Assembly (NCBI GenBank): GCA_044892525.1
Contig: CM097885.1
Coordinates: 43,898,001-43,962,000 of the forward strand
From: Schmidtea polychroa
Taxonomy: Eukaryota
Direction: 5' to 3'
DNA length: 64,000 bases
Shown here: piece by piece, positions 1 to 13,294 of the stretch
How positions within the stretch are numbered: the first letter of the stretch is position 1
Layout: each line of letters opens with the position of its first letter
The notes under the pieces: generated by a model
Database searches by the model: none
Seen by the model: only the letters and a program-made list of their open reading frames with translations
What the model was told of the DNA's origin: nothing
Made by a program: the position numbers and the translations under genes

Positions 1-1860
1 TGGAAGAATGCCGGGTGTCTTTAACAATTAAGTCATATTTTTGAAGTTCTTTAAAGATTTTAAGACTGAATTGAATTAAAGGAGGATTCAAGTGGGTAGA
101 ATATAATTGGTTAGATGTTTAAAGAGGTAGAAATATTTAATGAAAGATCGATTAAGATGGGAAAATATGATCTTTTAAGGGAGATATAGTCGGTTAAGAT
201 GGAAATAGATCATTGTAAGGGAGATATAGTCGATTGACTTTAATGAGAGATCGGTTAAGCTGGGATATTGTCGGTGAGATTTAATGAGAGATCGGATAAG
301 GTAGGAATATATCATTGTAAGGGAGATATAGTCGATTGAATTTAATGAAGGATGGGTTAAGATGGGAATATATGATTTTTTTAAGGGTGATGTTGGTAAA
401 ATATCAATGTTTTAAGGGAAATGTCAATTAGTCAGTTATGTATCAATAATAATTATATTGTTTTATTAGGTTGTGATTAATTCATTGTATATTAATTTAG
501 ATTTATGTTTTAGAACAATGTTCTATTAAGTAGGGATAATGATCGATTTACTTGGTTTTGACGATGAAAACTTTACAGATAAATGGGATTGATATCAACT
601 TTAAATTATTTTTATCTTTATTTAGACGGACAACGACAAAAGTTGACCATTTGAAGAAATATATTTTATTGAATGGATAAATTTAATCTTTCAATGGGAC
701 CTAGTCAGTTATATTTATTTTAAATTTCGAGTACAGTGATTAACAAAAAATTTAATTATAACTGGTTTTATCAATAGTGAAACATGTATGATAATAGGAA
801 TTAAAGTTAGAATTATAGTCATTTAAAGGGGAGTTTAAGCAATCTTATTAGTCTGAGGGGAATATATGATCTTTAACAAGTACTTATCATTAAAATATCA
901 ATCTTAAAAGATAGAGTTATTTCAATGAAATTTGATGCTTTTTAGATGATTTTAGTGAAATATTTGTAATAATATGAATTAAGGGTAGAAATATAGTCAT
1001 TTAAGGGATTTAAGGAATCTTGTTAGTTTGAGGTGAATATATGATCTTTAACAAGTATTTATCATTACAATACCAATCTTTACATATTGATATATTTGGG
1101 AGGAAATGAGAAATTGGAGAATTCACTAGGATATACCAATTATTGTCATTTAAATAAATTTACTGGTTTATTAGATGTTATCATTAGTTATCAGTCTCTT
1201 TTGGAATTTTATGATAATTATTTTTATTGTAGATTGCTGACTTTGATAATTGTAATGAATTTATACTGATTTTTTTTGAATATATTGAGAAATCAGTCAA
1301 TCAATTTGAGTACATGTATTACTTTTAAAAAAATACTTAAAATTAATTTTATTTCAATTAATTTATTCAATCTAAATCAATTATCTACTAGATCTTATTA
1401 ATTTATTATCTTAGTTGATTCAACTTGAATGATCAATATTTTTTTTATTTACTGGATGATTAGAATTTTTTCTTGTCCATTAATTAAATTTTTATGATAT
1501 TTATTTTGAATAATTTAAATTTTTACAATAATTTAATCAATTTTTATCAAGTTATTGATGCCTTGAGTTCAATTAATTTTCCATCTAATTTTTTAAGTGA
1601 AGAGTATTTTCTTTTAAAGATCAATTTGTTAGTACATAGTTGTTTGTTGTTAGTACATCTTCGTAAGTTACTGGTTGATGATACTATGTTGTTGGTATCT
1701 TATATTTGGTAGTTGGTATAGTGTTGTTTACTGATTGATGTTATATAGTTGTAGGTTGATAATGCTTAGTATCTGGTTGATGGTGGTTGTTAGTACATGG
1801 TATCTAGTTGTTAGCTGATTGATAGTAACTACTTAATGGGTAGGTGGTGGTTGAGTGTTA

Positions 1861-1917
1861 CCAATACCCTTACGACTAATACCCATACGACCAGTACCCT
1901 TACGACCTGTACCCTTA
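1861..1917. repeat. Four ~15-bp tandem repeats (ccaatacccttacga-like)
   Basis: Units ccaatacccttacga / ctaatacccatacga / ccagtacccttacga / cctgtacccttag are read directly. Confidence 0.8.
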
Positions 1918-2399
1918 GGGGGTCAAAACATCCTGTCGGATAGACTAAGAGTATATATAATAAAACTGATCAACAATAAGTATTTATTGAATGTGATTTT
2001 TACTTTGCAATAATAAGTTATCAATTAAAAGAAGAATGTTTTGTGAATTAGAATTCATTTGTCTTTCATTGTAATTATTTTGAATTTCACGTGGTGTTTT
2101 AAAGTGATTGAGTTGTGGTTTTTTGATGAAAATCAACATTTTTGTTAAATTTGAAAAGGTTTTTCTACTGATTGTAATTAAACATATTTTTGAAGATAGA
2201 TAAAAAATTAATTTAAAAAGCATTTCATAAAATATAATGAAGAATATTTAGTAGTTAGTTGTAAGTATCTGGTTGTTTGAGAGTTAGTTAGTACATGGTA
2301 TCTAGTTGTAAGTATTTGGTACTTATTTGTCAGCATCTAGTTAAAATTATTTAGTAACCGATTGTTGGTAACTGTTGAATTATTATTATTATTATTTTA

Positions 2400-2454
<55 letters not shown>

Positions 2455-2915
2455 CATTTAAATTTTCATTAAAAATTACATTTCTCAAAAAAGTTGGTGG
2501 TTATTCAATCTTTTGATAATAAATTTAAAAATCTTAGTTTAATTTACTTATTACATTACTTTAATTTACTCATTTAGCTTTAATTTAAAATTTAAACCAT
2601 TGTTTTCTTTAATTTAAAATTTTGAACCTTAATTTACTTATTTAAAATTTTTAACTTTAATTTACTTATCCTTCATTTACCTATTTATCCTTTATTTCTT
2701 AATTTAACAACTAAATATAATCCTTATTTTCATATTTAACTAATAATTTCACGTGGTCATTGATTAATAGACGAAGATTTGCATCTAAAATTAACATTGA
2801 AAATCCCAGAAAACTTTCATCTTAAATTGACTTTAACTTTAATATTTTAGACCCTTGATTAGTTAATTTAAAAATTAAATATTAATTTACTTATTTAACC
2901 AATAATTTCATGTGG

Positions 2916-4115
2916 TCATCTGGTTGTCAGTGCTTGGTATCTAGTTGACAGTGCTTAGTACTAGGTATCTAGTTGTTAGCTGGTTGTTAGTACTTAGTTG
3001 TTGGTTGTAAGTAGTTGGTATCTGGTAGTTAGTTGTTAGCTGGTTGTTGGTTGTTAGTACTTGGTAGTTGGTTGGTTGCTGTTAGCTGGTTGTAGTTAGT
3101 TAATGGGTAGGTGGTTGTAGGTACTTGGTAACTGGTTGTTAGTATCTAGTTGTAGGTATCTGGTTGATGTTGGTTGTATGTACTTGGTAGGTACTTAGTA
3201 GTTGGTAATTAATGCTTAGTACCTGGTTGATGTTGGTTGTAAGTACTTGTTAGGTGGTTTTAGGTACTTGGTTGATAATGCTTAGTACCTAGTTGTTGTA
3301 GGTTGTTAGTACTTGGTTGTTAGTACATGGTTGATAATGCTTAGTTGTTGGTTGTATGTATTTGGTATCTAGTTGTTAGTAACTAGTTGTAGGTAATTAA
3401 TGCTTAGTAGTTGGTAACTGGTTGTTAGTACTTGGTAGGTGGTAGCTAGTTGGTTGTAGGTACTTAGTAGTTGGTAGCTAGTTGAGTGCTGGTTGTAGCT
3501 AGTTGGTTGCATGTTTTTGGATGTTAGCATCTAGTTGTTGCTTTTGATTGTTAGTACTTGATAGGTGGTTGTAGGTACTTAGTAGTTGGTTGATAATGCT
3601 TAGTACCTGGTTGATGTTGGTTGTAAGTACTTGGTATCTAGTACCTAGTTGGTTGGCTGTTAGTACTTAGTATTTAGTTGGTTGATAATGCTTAGTACCT
3701 GGTTGATGTTGGTTGTAAGTACTTGGTATCTAGTTGTTAGCTGGTTGTTAGTACTTAGTAGCTAGTTAATGGGTAGGTGGGGGTTGAGAGTTAGTTAGTA
3801 CGTGGTATCTAGTTGTAAGTACTTGGTAGCAGGTAATTGGTTGTTAGTAACTAGTTGTAAGTACTCGGTAGCAGGTAACTGGTTGTTAGTAACTAGTTGT
3901 AAGTACTTGGTATCAGGTAACTAGTTGGTTGTAGGTACTTAGTAGTTGGTAACTGGTACCTGGTTGGTTGCTTGTTTTTGGTTGTTAGTACTTGTTAGGT
4001 GGTTGTATTTACTTAGTATCATGTAACTAGTTGTTAGTAACTAGTTGTAGGTATCTGGTTGTTAATACATGTTCGTAAGTTACTGGTTGTTGGTACTAAG
4101 TTGTTGGTTTGTTGT
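2916..4115. repeat. G+T-skewed complex short-period satellite (tagttgttagtacttgg-like units); smaller patches at ~1640-1860 and ~2250-2370
   Basis: Continuous shuffled 7-10-mers (ggttgtt, agtactt, ggtatct, agttg) with no ORF >=60 aa. It abuts the Polinton subterminal array. Confidence 0.85.
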
Positions 4116-5491
4116 TGAATTATTATTAAAATTTGTCATTGAAAAATATTTCATAAAAATTTCCATTAAAAATTATCTTAAAAATTTCCATCTAAAATTA
4201 TCATTGAAAAATATTTCATAAAAATTTCCATTAAAAATTACTTAAAAAATTATTCCATAAAAATTTTCATTAAAAAATTTCAATTCTCAAACACCTTCAA
4301 CTTTTTGTTAATAAATTTTAAAATCTTACTTTAATTTACTTATTTAAAATTTTTTACCATTGATTACTTAATTTAAAAATTATTACTTTAATTTACTTAT
4401 TTAAAATTTTTTACCATTGATTACTTAATTTAAAAATTTGGACCTTAATTTACTTTATTTTAAAATTTAGAACCTTAATTTACTTTAATTTAATTTTTAG
4501 AACCATTATTTACTGTAATTTAATTTTTTGACCCATAATTTACTGTATTTGAAAAATTTGGACCATAATTTACTGTAATTTAATTTTTAAGAACTTAAAT
4601 TTACTTTAATTTAAAAATTTGGACCATTATTTACTTTAATTCAATTTTTAGAACCATAATTTACTTTAATTTAAAAATTTGGACCATTATTTACTTTAAT
4701 TCAATTTTTAGAACCATAATTTACTTTAATTTAAATTTTTGGACCATAATTTACTGTAATTTTAAAATTTGGACCATTATTTACTGTAATTTAATTTTTT
4801 AGAACAATAATTTACTGTAATTTTAAAATTTGAACTATAATTTACTGTAATTTAATTTTTAGACCCATTACTTACTGTAATTGAAAAATTTGAACCATTA
4901 TTTACTGTTATTTAATTTTTTAGACCCATAATTTACTGTAATTCAAAAGTTTGAGCCATAATTTACTGTAATTGAAAAATTTACCACGTTTTTAGTGTAG
5001 ACCACCTTTTTCTCAGGACCAAGGAGACTCACCTTAATTTAATTCGAAAAATCCATGCTTTTTTATTGATAGTCGGATTTTTGTATTGAAAATATCCTGA
5101 GACCTTAAATTACCATGCTTTTTTAGTGTAGACCAGCTTTTTGTATTGAAAAAATTTTTTTGTATTGAAAATCCCAGGACCAAGGAGACCCACCTGAATT
5201 GACCTAGAAAAATCCATGCTTTTTTAGTGGTAGTCGGATTTTTGTATTGAAAATCCCAGGACCATCGAGACCCCCGCACTATAGTCTGAAAATTCTATGC
5301 TTTTTTAGTGGTAGTCGGATTTTTGTATTGAAAAAAAATTTTTGTATTGAAAATCCCAGGACCATCGAGACCCCCTCACTATAGTGTGATAAAAAAAAAT
5401 TTGGACCAAAAATCCCTGAAAGCAAAAAAATGAGTTGGGAACAATTGCTTAATAAAAATTTGGGAACAATGGGGGCTACTATCTACCTACT
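4115..5491. mobile_element. Polinton/Maverick terminal inverted repeat region (right-end orientation), copy 1
   Basis: ~30-bp tandem array (ggaccataatttactgtaatttaaaaattt), then TATTGAAAATCCCAGGACCA repeats, ending CTACTATCTACCTACT (reverse complement 5'-AGTAGGTAGATAGTAG). Same terminus family as the end of the gene-bearing Polinton at 31697. Confidence 0.75.
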
Positions 5492-5584
5492 GTGCTCAAT
5501 AAAAAAACCATGGTAATTTAAGGTCTCGTAATATTAAGTAGGTAAATTAAGGTCTAAATTTTAAAATTAATGTAAATTAAGAGT

Positions 5585-6603
5585 ACTTTAATTCAATTTT
5601 TAGAACCATAATTTACTTTAATTTAAAAATTTGGACCATTATTTACTTTAATTCAATTTTTAGAACCATAATTTACTTTAATTTAAATTTTTGGACCATA
5701 ATTTACTGTAATTTTAAAATTTGGACCATTATTTACTGTAATTTAATTTTTTAGAACAATAATTTACTGTAATTTTAAAATTTGAACTATAATTTACTGT
5801 AATTTAATTTTTAGACCCATTACTTACTGTAATTGAAAAATTTGAACCATTATTTACTGTTATTTAATTTTTTAGACCCATAATTTACTGTAATTCAAAG
5901 GTTTGAGCCATAATTTACTGTAATTGAAAAATTTACCACGTTTTTAGTGTAGACCACCTTTTTCTCAGGACCAAGGAGACTCACCTTAATTTAATTCGAA
6001 AAATCCATGCTTTTTTATTGATAGTCGGATTTTTGTATTGAAAATATCCTGAGACCTTAAATTACCACGTTTTTTTAGTGTAGACCACCTATTTCTCAGG
6101 ACCAAGGAGACTCACCTTAATTTAATTCGAAAAATCCATGCTTTTTTATTGATAGTCGGATTTTTGTATTGAAAATATCCTGAGACCTTAAATTACCATG
6201 CTTTTTTAGTGTAGACCAGCTTTTTGTATTGAAAAAATTTTTTTGTATTGAAAATCCCAGGACCAAGGAGACCCACCTGAATTAACCTAGAAAAATCCAT
6301 GCTTTTTTAGTGGTAGTCGGATTTTTGTATTGAAAATCCCAGGACCATCGAGACCCCCGCACTATAGTCTGAAAATTCTATGCTTTTTTAGTGGTAGTCG
6401 GATTTTTGTATTGAAAAAAAATTTTTGTATTGAAAATCCCAGGACCATCGAGACCCCCTCACTATAGTGTGATAAAAAAAAAATTTGGACCAAAAATCCC
6501 TGAAAGCAAAAAAATGAGTTGGGAACAATTGCGTAATAAAAATTTGGGAACAATGGGGGGTACCCCCCCCCCAATTTTTCCCGCGGGCTACTATCTACCT
6601 ACT
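5585..6603. mobile_element. Polinton terminal repeat region, copy 2 (near-identical tandem duplicate)
   Basis: Repeats ~4632-5491 and ends CTATCTACCTACT at 6603, followed by GAGCAC. Confidence 0.75.
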
Positions 6604-6917
6604 GAGCACCCATTTTGTAATGAAAATCTCAGGACCAAGGAAACCCACCTTAGAAAAATTCATGCTTTTTTAGTGTAGACTGATATTTGTATTAAAATTC
6701 TCAGATTCAATCAAGACCCCTCACTTTAGTCAGAAAAATCATGGCTTTTTCTGTAGGATTTTGTATTGAAAATCCCAGAAAAAATAAGCGTAGCCCATGG
6801 TAGCAATTACATAACCGTTGAGCAAAAAAACAGACGGCAGCAAAACATATTCCTCGGGGGATGGGGTACCCCTCAACACCGAATGGTCGTGCTGCCGTGG
6901 GTTACAAGTTACCTACT
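6604..6917. mobile_element. Distal part of a second, more diverged Polinton TIR (target of the insertion ending at 6603)
   Basis: Colinear with parts of 17113-17815 (gagcacccattttgta...gcaattacataaccgtt...cagacggc...tcgtgctgccgtg). Ends GTTACCTACT. Confidence 0.7.
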
Positions 6918-9394
6918 TTGGTGGATGTTATTTACTTGATTGATATAATGCATCATTTCTAAATTGAATATTCTATAAGCAAACAATTTGTTTATTTCTC
7001 TCACGTTCTGTGTTTTGTGAATGTAAAGAAAATGAACCAACACGCAATCAACTCCAAAATGTTTATTTTAGATTTTTATGGTTTGGATTGAATATTGTAT
7101 ATTTTACATTTATTCCATGACTACATGAGACTTGTAAGTTTGGAAGTATGTATCGACCAGGGCCTATATTTGTCTGCTTATAGCTGATTGAATTTGGAAA
7201 TGGTATTAACAGTCGACTATTAGATGTGAAAAATAGAATCTATTTTAAACCAATTATTAATTTGTTTTTGTAATTAATGATATAAATACATAACAAATGA
7301 AGTTTTATTTATCAACACAATTCAACAATGTTTTGAACAAGATCTTCAATTGATCACGACAAAAGTTTTAATTTCGTAAAATAGAAAAAAGAAAATTAAC
7401 TAAATCATTTAGTTAGATATTTGCAAAATTCCTTTAATTTCTTCTAAACTAAGTACCTGTAATATCCAATTTCTTATATCCGAAACATTTGAATGAGAAA
7501 GTGGGGAAAATTTGTTTTTAAGTCAAAATCAAAATAAAAAAATGAAATTCTGAAGGGAACATACAAATAATATACGTATTAGTTATTAACACTAACCAGA
7601 CCTTTTTCGTTGATTTTACCACACTTTGAACCAATAATTTAAACAAAACAAATTAACCAAAAAGTTTAAACATGAACAATTTCAGATTTTTTCTTTTTAT
7701 TTATATCTAATAGAATATAATATTTCTGTGAATGGAATAGTTTTAATATTTTTATTCTAATTAAAACAAAATAGTTTTTGAAATGTTTCTCTGTGAAATC
7801 AATAATAATTAAATTCTTGTTGAGTTGAAATGAAGCTTATTAAATTGTAAGGCGTCCCATATTCTAATAATCTGGAATCATACAAATGTCAGTGGTTTGG
7901 AATTGGATTATTTATGAAATCACAAAAAAATCACGAAAATTAATCGAATTAACAGAATTATTTTAACATATTTATAAATTTAATTAATATGCGATTTTCT
8001 TGAACATAGATCACTTTATTCTTAAAAATATTCATCAAAGAATTTTAATGGATTGTTTATTTTTATGTAGTTTACAAATGTTAAAATTTCCCATGGAACC
8101 CATTCAAACATCAAAGTTAGAATAATTGTGTATTAAATCAAGAAATATAAGCTCTATGACTCTGAATAAACACGGGTACCCCAAAAATCGGAATCGATAA
8201 GTAAAAATGTATTTAAATGATTTATGAAAAAAATGAGAATATTGACAAACTTTTGCTTCCTCACACTTGTATATAGGATAAATACAGAAATACAGAATAT
8301 AACAAAACTGACACAAGAACTAATTCCATATTTAGTACCATAATAATTCTAAATCTATCTAGTAGTTTTATTAAGTATTTATGATTTCGTTGAATTCCTA
8401 CACCCAACCTTTAAGAAAACAAATTTTTGATTTGGGAAATTTTGTTAGTGAAAAACATGTTTGACATCAAACTAAATGGTGTTTTATAAATAAATATTTT
8501 TATTAATAAAAAATATTATTTTTAATTTTATAAAATAATCTTTATGACTTTCTCTCAGATTAAAGTGTTGATCACATAATCGTCAGAATATGATTTTTTT
8601 ATTTTCAATATTAACCCTTTCATACAAAATATATTGAAAATGTTATTAAAAAAAATTATAAATATTTCTTGAACTTATGAATTTGAAATTAAAAAAACTA
8701 ATAACAATTTAAATATGAAATAATTTTTTAATAATTACAATTAGCAAAATAACGTTTTACTTCACCGATGAAAACTAAATTAATGTTTAATTGAAATAAA
8801 TTTTAAATAAATAAACTTGATTTAAAATTTTTTAAATATGTAAAAAAATGTTGAAATTAAATATGTTTGAATGGAATTTGTAAATTTTGAAAAATAAACT
8901 TTATACATATCATGAAGGATAAATAAATAATATGCAATTAAATAAACTAACCGTAATGCATAATAATATATCCAAATAGTAGTTTCAAGATCAGAGGTTA
9001 TTTTTGATGTTTGATGGTTGATTTCGAATGTTTGTATGTATGTGTGTTTGCAGGTATTCTGTTTCAATAATTAGTAAACCAATAAACTCAGTTTTTAAAT
9101 ATTACAAGATTTAACTTGAATAATTAATTTATCATAATTATGTCTCTTCTTAGCATTGCGACCAAGACAAGAGTCCACAATTTCTTTTATATATATTTAC
9201 AATATAATTTTAAAGTTATAAATTATTATTTGTCTAACATAATTGGAATTAAACAATATTTTTCATACATTTTTATAAAGTGAAAATTTTTTATCATGAA
9301 AATATTTATAATGACAAACATTGTTCTTCGATTTTAGACATTAAATTTATTAATATACATATAAAAGTAATAATAATTAATTTTTTGCTAATTT

Positions 9395-9595
9395 CAGTTA
9401 CCTACCACATATGTTGGTCTAGGGCAGGGGTTTCAGTCTCAAACTGGCCTGCGGGCCGCATTAGACTAGTATTATTAGCCGGCGGGCCGCAACATAAATA
9501 ATTGTTTTTCAGAACATGTGGAGTCTGAAACTCCGACGTTAATATTTATTTAATTAAAAACTCAACAAAACTAAAAAATATTTTTTTATTATTAA

Positions 9596-9663
<68 letters not shown>

Positions 9664-10673
9664 TGTATAAATAAAAATAATTAAAAAGATAAGTTTTAAT
9701 TTATACAGCCAATTATGATTTTAATTGTTAAATAAGTTTGGTTAAATTACAAATCTATGTTTTTTCGTTGCGGGCGCATGCGGCTCGCGGGCCGCGTGTT
9801 TGAGACCCCTGGTCTAGGGTGTGCCCATGAGATGGAACTCGACTTATATGATCAAACGTCTATTTGAGGAGAAGAGATCGCTGGTAATATATTGTCAAGA
9901 ACATACAGGCGTAAAAAATCTTAAGGCTAGTGAATGGTGTTTGATTGAGAAATTATTGAATACCCTACTTCAATTTGAACAGGAAACAAAGAATGCTAGT
10001 TTATCTACAACAACAGCTGCCATGATAATTCCCAGCGTGTTAGTTCTTCAGACAACATTACGTACGCCTGTCAATCTTGATGGTGATTTGGGTGTATAGA
10101 TAATGCGTTCTACAACGCTTTAAGAACTATATAATCGATTTTATGATATTCTTTTAAACAAACACTATATTATTTCCTACAATTCTTGACCCTATGTATA
10201 AAATTACATCATTCAAACTAAAGATACAAGAAAATGTGAAGTACTTGCTATTAAAAGAAATTGTCAAAGGAGTTACAGAATTGAGCAATAAAAACCATGA
10301 CGTACCCCCACCATATAGTGACAGCAAAATCTTTGGAAAAAGAATTTTGTCGATTTTGAATTCATACTACAATGAAATTTTCAAAGTAAATGAAAGAGAA
10401 GAAGAAAATTAATCACTATCATCCATTGAAATAAAATGCATGGACTAGATGTTGAAATATTTTATAGAAGCTTGTCAACCACACACGAATTCGCCGACTG
10501 ATCCCATTGTGTACTGGAAATTCTCTCTTTTATCCGAGGTCGCCAAGAAATTTCTTTCAATACCCGCTCCTGGGATGATTTCAAGTGACAAACATTCAAG
10601 GATGAGTGCAGCAAAGACGCAACAATTACTATTTTTGAAAAAGAATCCTGAAGTGATTAAATTCGATTATTGA
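9395..10673 (+). pseudogene. hAT (Ac/ZBED1-4-like) transposase C-terminal half, decayed and split by a MITE
   Basis: Removing the MITE and one TSD gives LPHMLV*GVPMRWNSTY (canonical LxQDVxTRWNSTY). The C-terminal dimerisation domain reads DPIVYWK..LSEVAKKFLSIPA..SRMS..LLFLKKN. Stops and frameshifts present. Confidence 0.85.
9425..9811. mobile_element. hAT (SPIN/Charlie-like) MITE
   Basis: Termini CAGGGG...GTTTGAGACCCCTG; exact 8-bp TSD GTCTAGGG (9417-9424, 9812-9819); GCGGCCCGC subterminal motifs. Its left end matches, in reverse complement, the 3' end of the element at 15845-15918. Confidence 0.9.
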
Positions 10674-11509
10674 AAATAAAGCGGTAAATTGACAATTCAT
10701 TTTAATATAATTAGAGCGAAAAAAAACATCAATACCGATTTATACGTAATTATAACACTGATTGTAAAAAATGATATCGGAAGGATAAAAGATGGATTAA
10801 AAATTGTATATGGACTTAACTTGCGTTTTATGGGTTAGCAAATTATTCAGAATGTCCAATTATTATTTTAATGTTTTCTGCTTGATTAGGCTTATCATTG
10901 AGTTTTATTGAGGTTTTATTACATACGAAAATTTAATTAACGAGATCTTTTATTTAAATTATATTTTTTGGAAATTAAATTTCAAAAATACAAGTTTTTA
11001 TTTAAAAAGGTTTTATGTTGATCACATATAGTAACTGATTAGGAATTTTTTTAATAAATTTCCACTACGTATTTAGTGAACTTCACGAAAAGATTTTTTG
11101 TAATTTCTGGGTGGATTTATAATATTTATTAAAAAGCTTGAAAACTACGAATCAAGCTTTTTAATAAATACAATGGAAAAGAATATATTTACATAATTTA
11201 TTTTTATCGTACTGAAATAATCACAATAAAAGTATTATTCACATTTGCGAATTTAGTTCTTTTCCATTCCAAAATTAGATTCTTTGTATTATAATATAGT
11301 TATTTGAATAAATATCGATTTTTTTTATTTATTTTTTTAATAAATTAAAATTTTTTATAATTCAGGTTAATATTAATGTATATTTCCACTATATACAGTG
11401 GCGGAACTTCAAAATTTTGGCTCAAATCGGCTCATCGATATTCAGAATTATTCTATCAATACTGAATATTGTCGTCAAACAGGTTAGTAGGCTAATGTGT
11501 GGAGCCGGG

Positions 11510-11740
11510 AACAAAGACATATGACGTCATCGATGACGTCACAAAGACATATGACGTCATACCTCCGGGGGAGGGGTATTTTTAAAAAAAAATTTTAAAA
11601 AAATTACGTAACAAAGACATATGACTCATCAATGTCATTGAAACAAAGACATATTGCATAACAAAGGGAAAAAATTGAACAAAGACATATTACGTAACAA
11701 AGATATTGCATAACAAAGGAAAAAATTTTGAACAAAGACA
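11510..11740. promoter_or_regulatory. Enhancer-like array of HMG-box (ACAAAG) and bZIP sites
   Basis: Nine ACAAAG, three TGACGTCA (11522, 11534, 11552), two TTACGTAA (11604, 11690), one TGACTCA (11622) and two TTGCATAA (11654, 11706). Function is inferred. Confidence 0.6.
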
Positions 11741-11985
11741 CATCATACTTTTTAAATATATTACGTTGCGGTATTTTAAATTTTAAAAAACTTATTTTGA
11801 CGATTAAGTCGACAAAATAAAATTATTGCACATACTTTGTATATATAGTCTATCCGACAAGATATTCTGTGCCCCCATGGTCACACACAATGTATAAAAA
11901 TATTATTAGTGTCGACACATGCAAAAAGTTAGTGTTCTCATCGATAGCTCATCTTAAAGTCTAGTATAAGATCTATATATTGATA

Positions 11986-12039
<54 letters not shown>

Positions 12040-12235
12040 ATTTCAAATTTCTATCGAATATTATAAAATTTATAGTATTGTGTTAGCACACACTCGTTAT
12101 AATAATTAGCAATATGAATATAGTTTTCACGGTGTATCAAATCAAAACCTTTCTTTTACATTTATAGTCTATCAACCAATCAAAATCATACGGTATTAGT
12201 ATAAATAAAACATCATTTTTAAAATTATTGTAGAA

Positions 12236-12761
12236 ATGTCGCAACCAAATTTTATGGAAAATCTTTTAAGCGAAGTTATCAACAAGAAGATTGTGGAAAG
12301 CCTCAGTTTTCTGGTCGACCGGACCGAAAATATTATCGATGGAAATCATATCGATTATGAGGATATGCTCAATTCCGATTGCCTCGAAACGAAAAATTCT
12401 ATTTTCATAGGATTTTTAACTGCCTATGTGACGATGAGATGAAATGGACCCGAATACTAGTAGGGTTCGCTTATATGAAGATTATAATAGAAAAAAGTTT
12501 ATGGGACTCTGAACATTATTATCAGTGGTCTCAAGAAGTAATACTTTTATAATCTATATTTTATTAATATTTATTTTCTAGATAATCAAGTACAAGTTTC
12601 AACCATGGATTGAAGCCATTGGCGGATGGGGCGTACTGAATCAACTCGCCAGAAATGCGAAGGAAATCGATGAACACAAAATGAAATTTAAAAACTATAT
12701 AAAACTTGCAACAGGTGTTGCTATTTTGTATGCTTTATCGCGATTTTTAAATAAAAATTAA
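12236..12761 (+). pseudogene. Bcl-2 family gene, two exons, one frameshift
   Basis: ATG at 12236; frameshift between 12361 and 12420; BH1-like FNCLCDDEMKWTRILVGFAY; 44-nt GT-AG intron 12538-12581; BH2 FQPWIEAIGGW; C-terminal tail anchor YIKLATGVAILYALSRFLNKN, stop at 12759-12761. Confidence 0.8.
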
Positions 12762-12821
12762 TATAGTTATTTTGTTTGATTTTTAAATAAAATTTTAAAT
12801 AAATTTACAAACAATAATTAA

Positions 12822-13250
12822 CTAAAATTTATTAACACATTCGCAGTCGTCATCTCCACATTTCATTATATTTTCAACGACATGATCAATACAATCATTC
12901 GTAATATTATCTTTAGGTTCCTCTATAGGTTCATCTATAGGTTCATAGGTTTCGTCATCAAGTATCGGTTTCTTGAGTTTCTTCCTGATCGTCAAATCCT
13001 GAATCTTGACTCTCAACTACCCAGCCGATATTTAATGCATTTGTAACAGATAATATATCCTCAATTTTTACACCAGATATTTCTGCTAATTTTTCCAACA
13101 AAAAGTTAATTAATAATTCTAAATAATAAATAATTCGGTATTTAATTAATCATGTTAACCTTTTTCTGCAGTCATTTTCATCACTTTAAAACTATATTAT
13201 AAGTTTGTTTATAGATTTTCTTTGTTAAATTTGCATGTCATTTGCATTAA
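12822..13250 (-). pseudogene. Decayed small acidic/Cys-containing gene convergent with the Bcl-2 gene, function unknown
   Basis: Fragments WCKIEDILSVTNALNIGWVVESQDSGFDDQEE and DDETYEPIDEPIEEPKD..CGDDDCEC in different frames; GT-AG intron-like segment near 13119-13159. Confidence 0.35.
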
Positions 13251-13294
13251 TGTTGCAATTAATAAAGAGAAAAAGCAAATATGACTAATACATT

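Noticed and set aside
4400..4985. ~30-bp periodic array resembling CRISPR
   Set aside because: Tandem units without unique spacers, no cas genes, eukaryotic context; part of the Polinton terminal region.
5034..6678. Short ORFs within the Polinton terminal repeats (also 13521-13983, 17189-17392)
   Set aside because: Products of repeated non-coding TIR units with no protein-like features.
11397..11420. CAGTGGCGGA as a hAT terminus delimiting the Bcl-2 block
   Set aside because: No matching inverted end or TSD found in the window.
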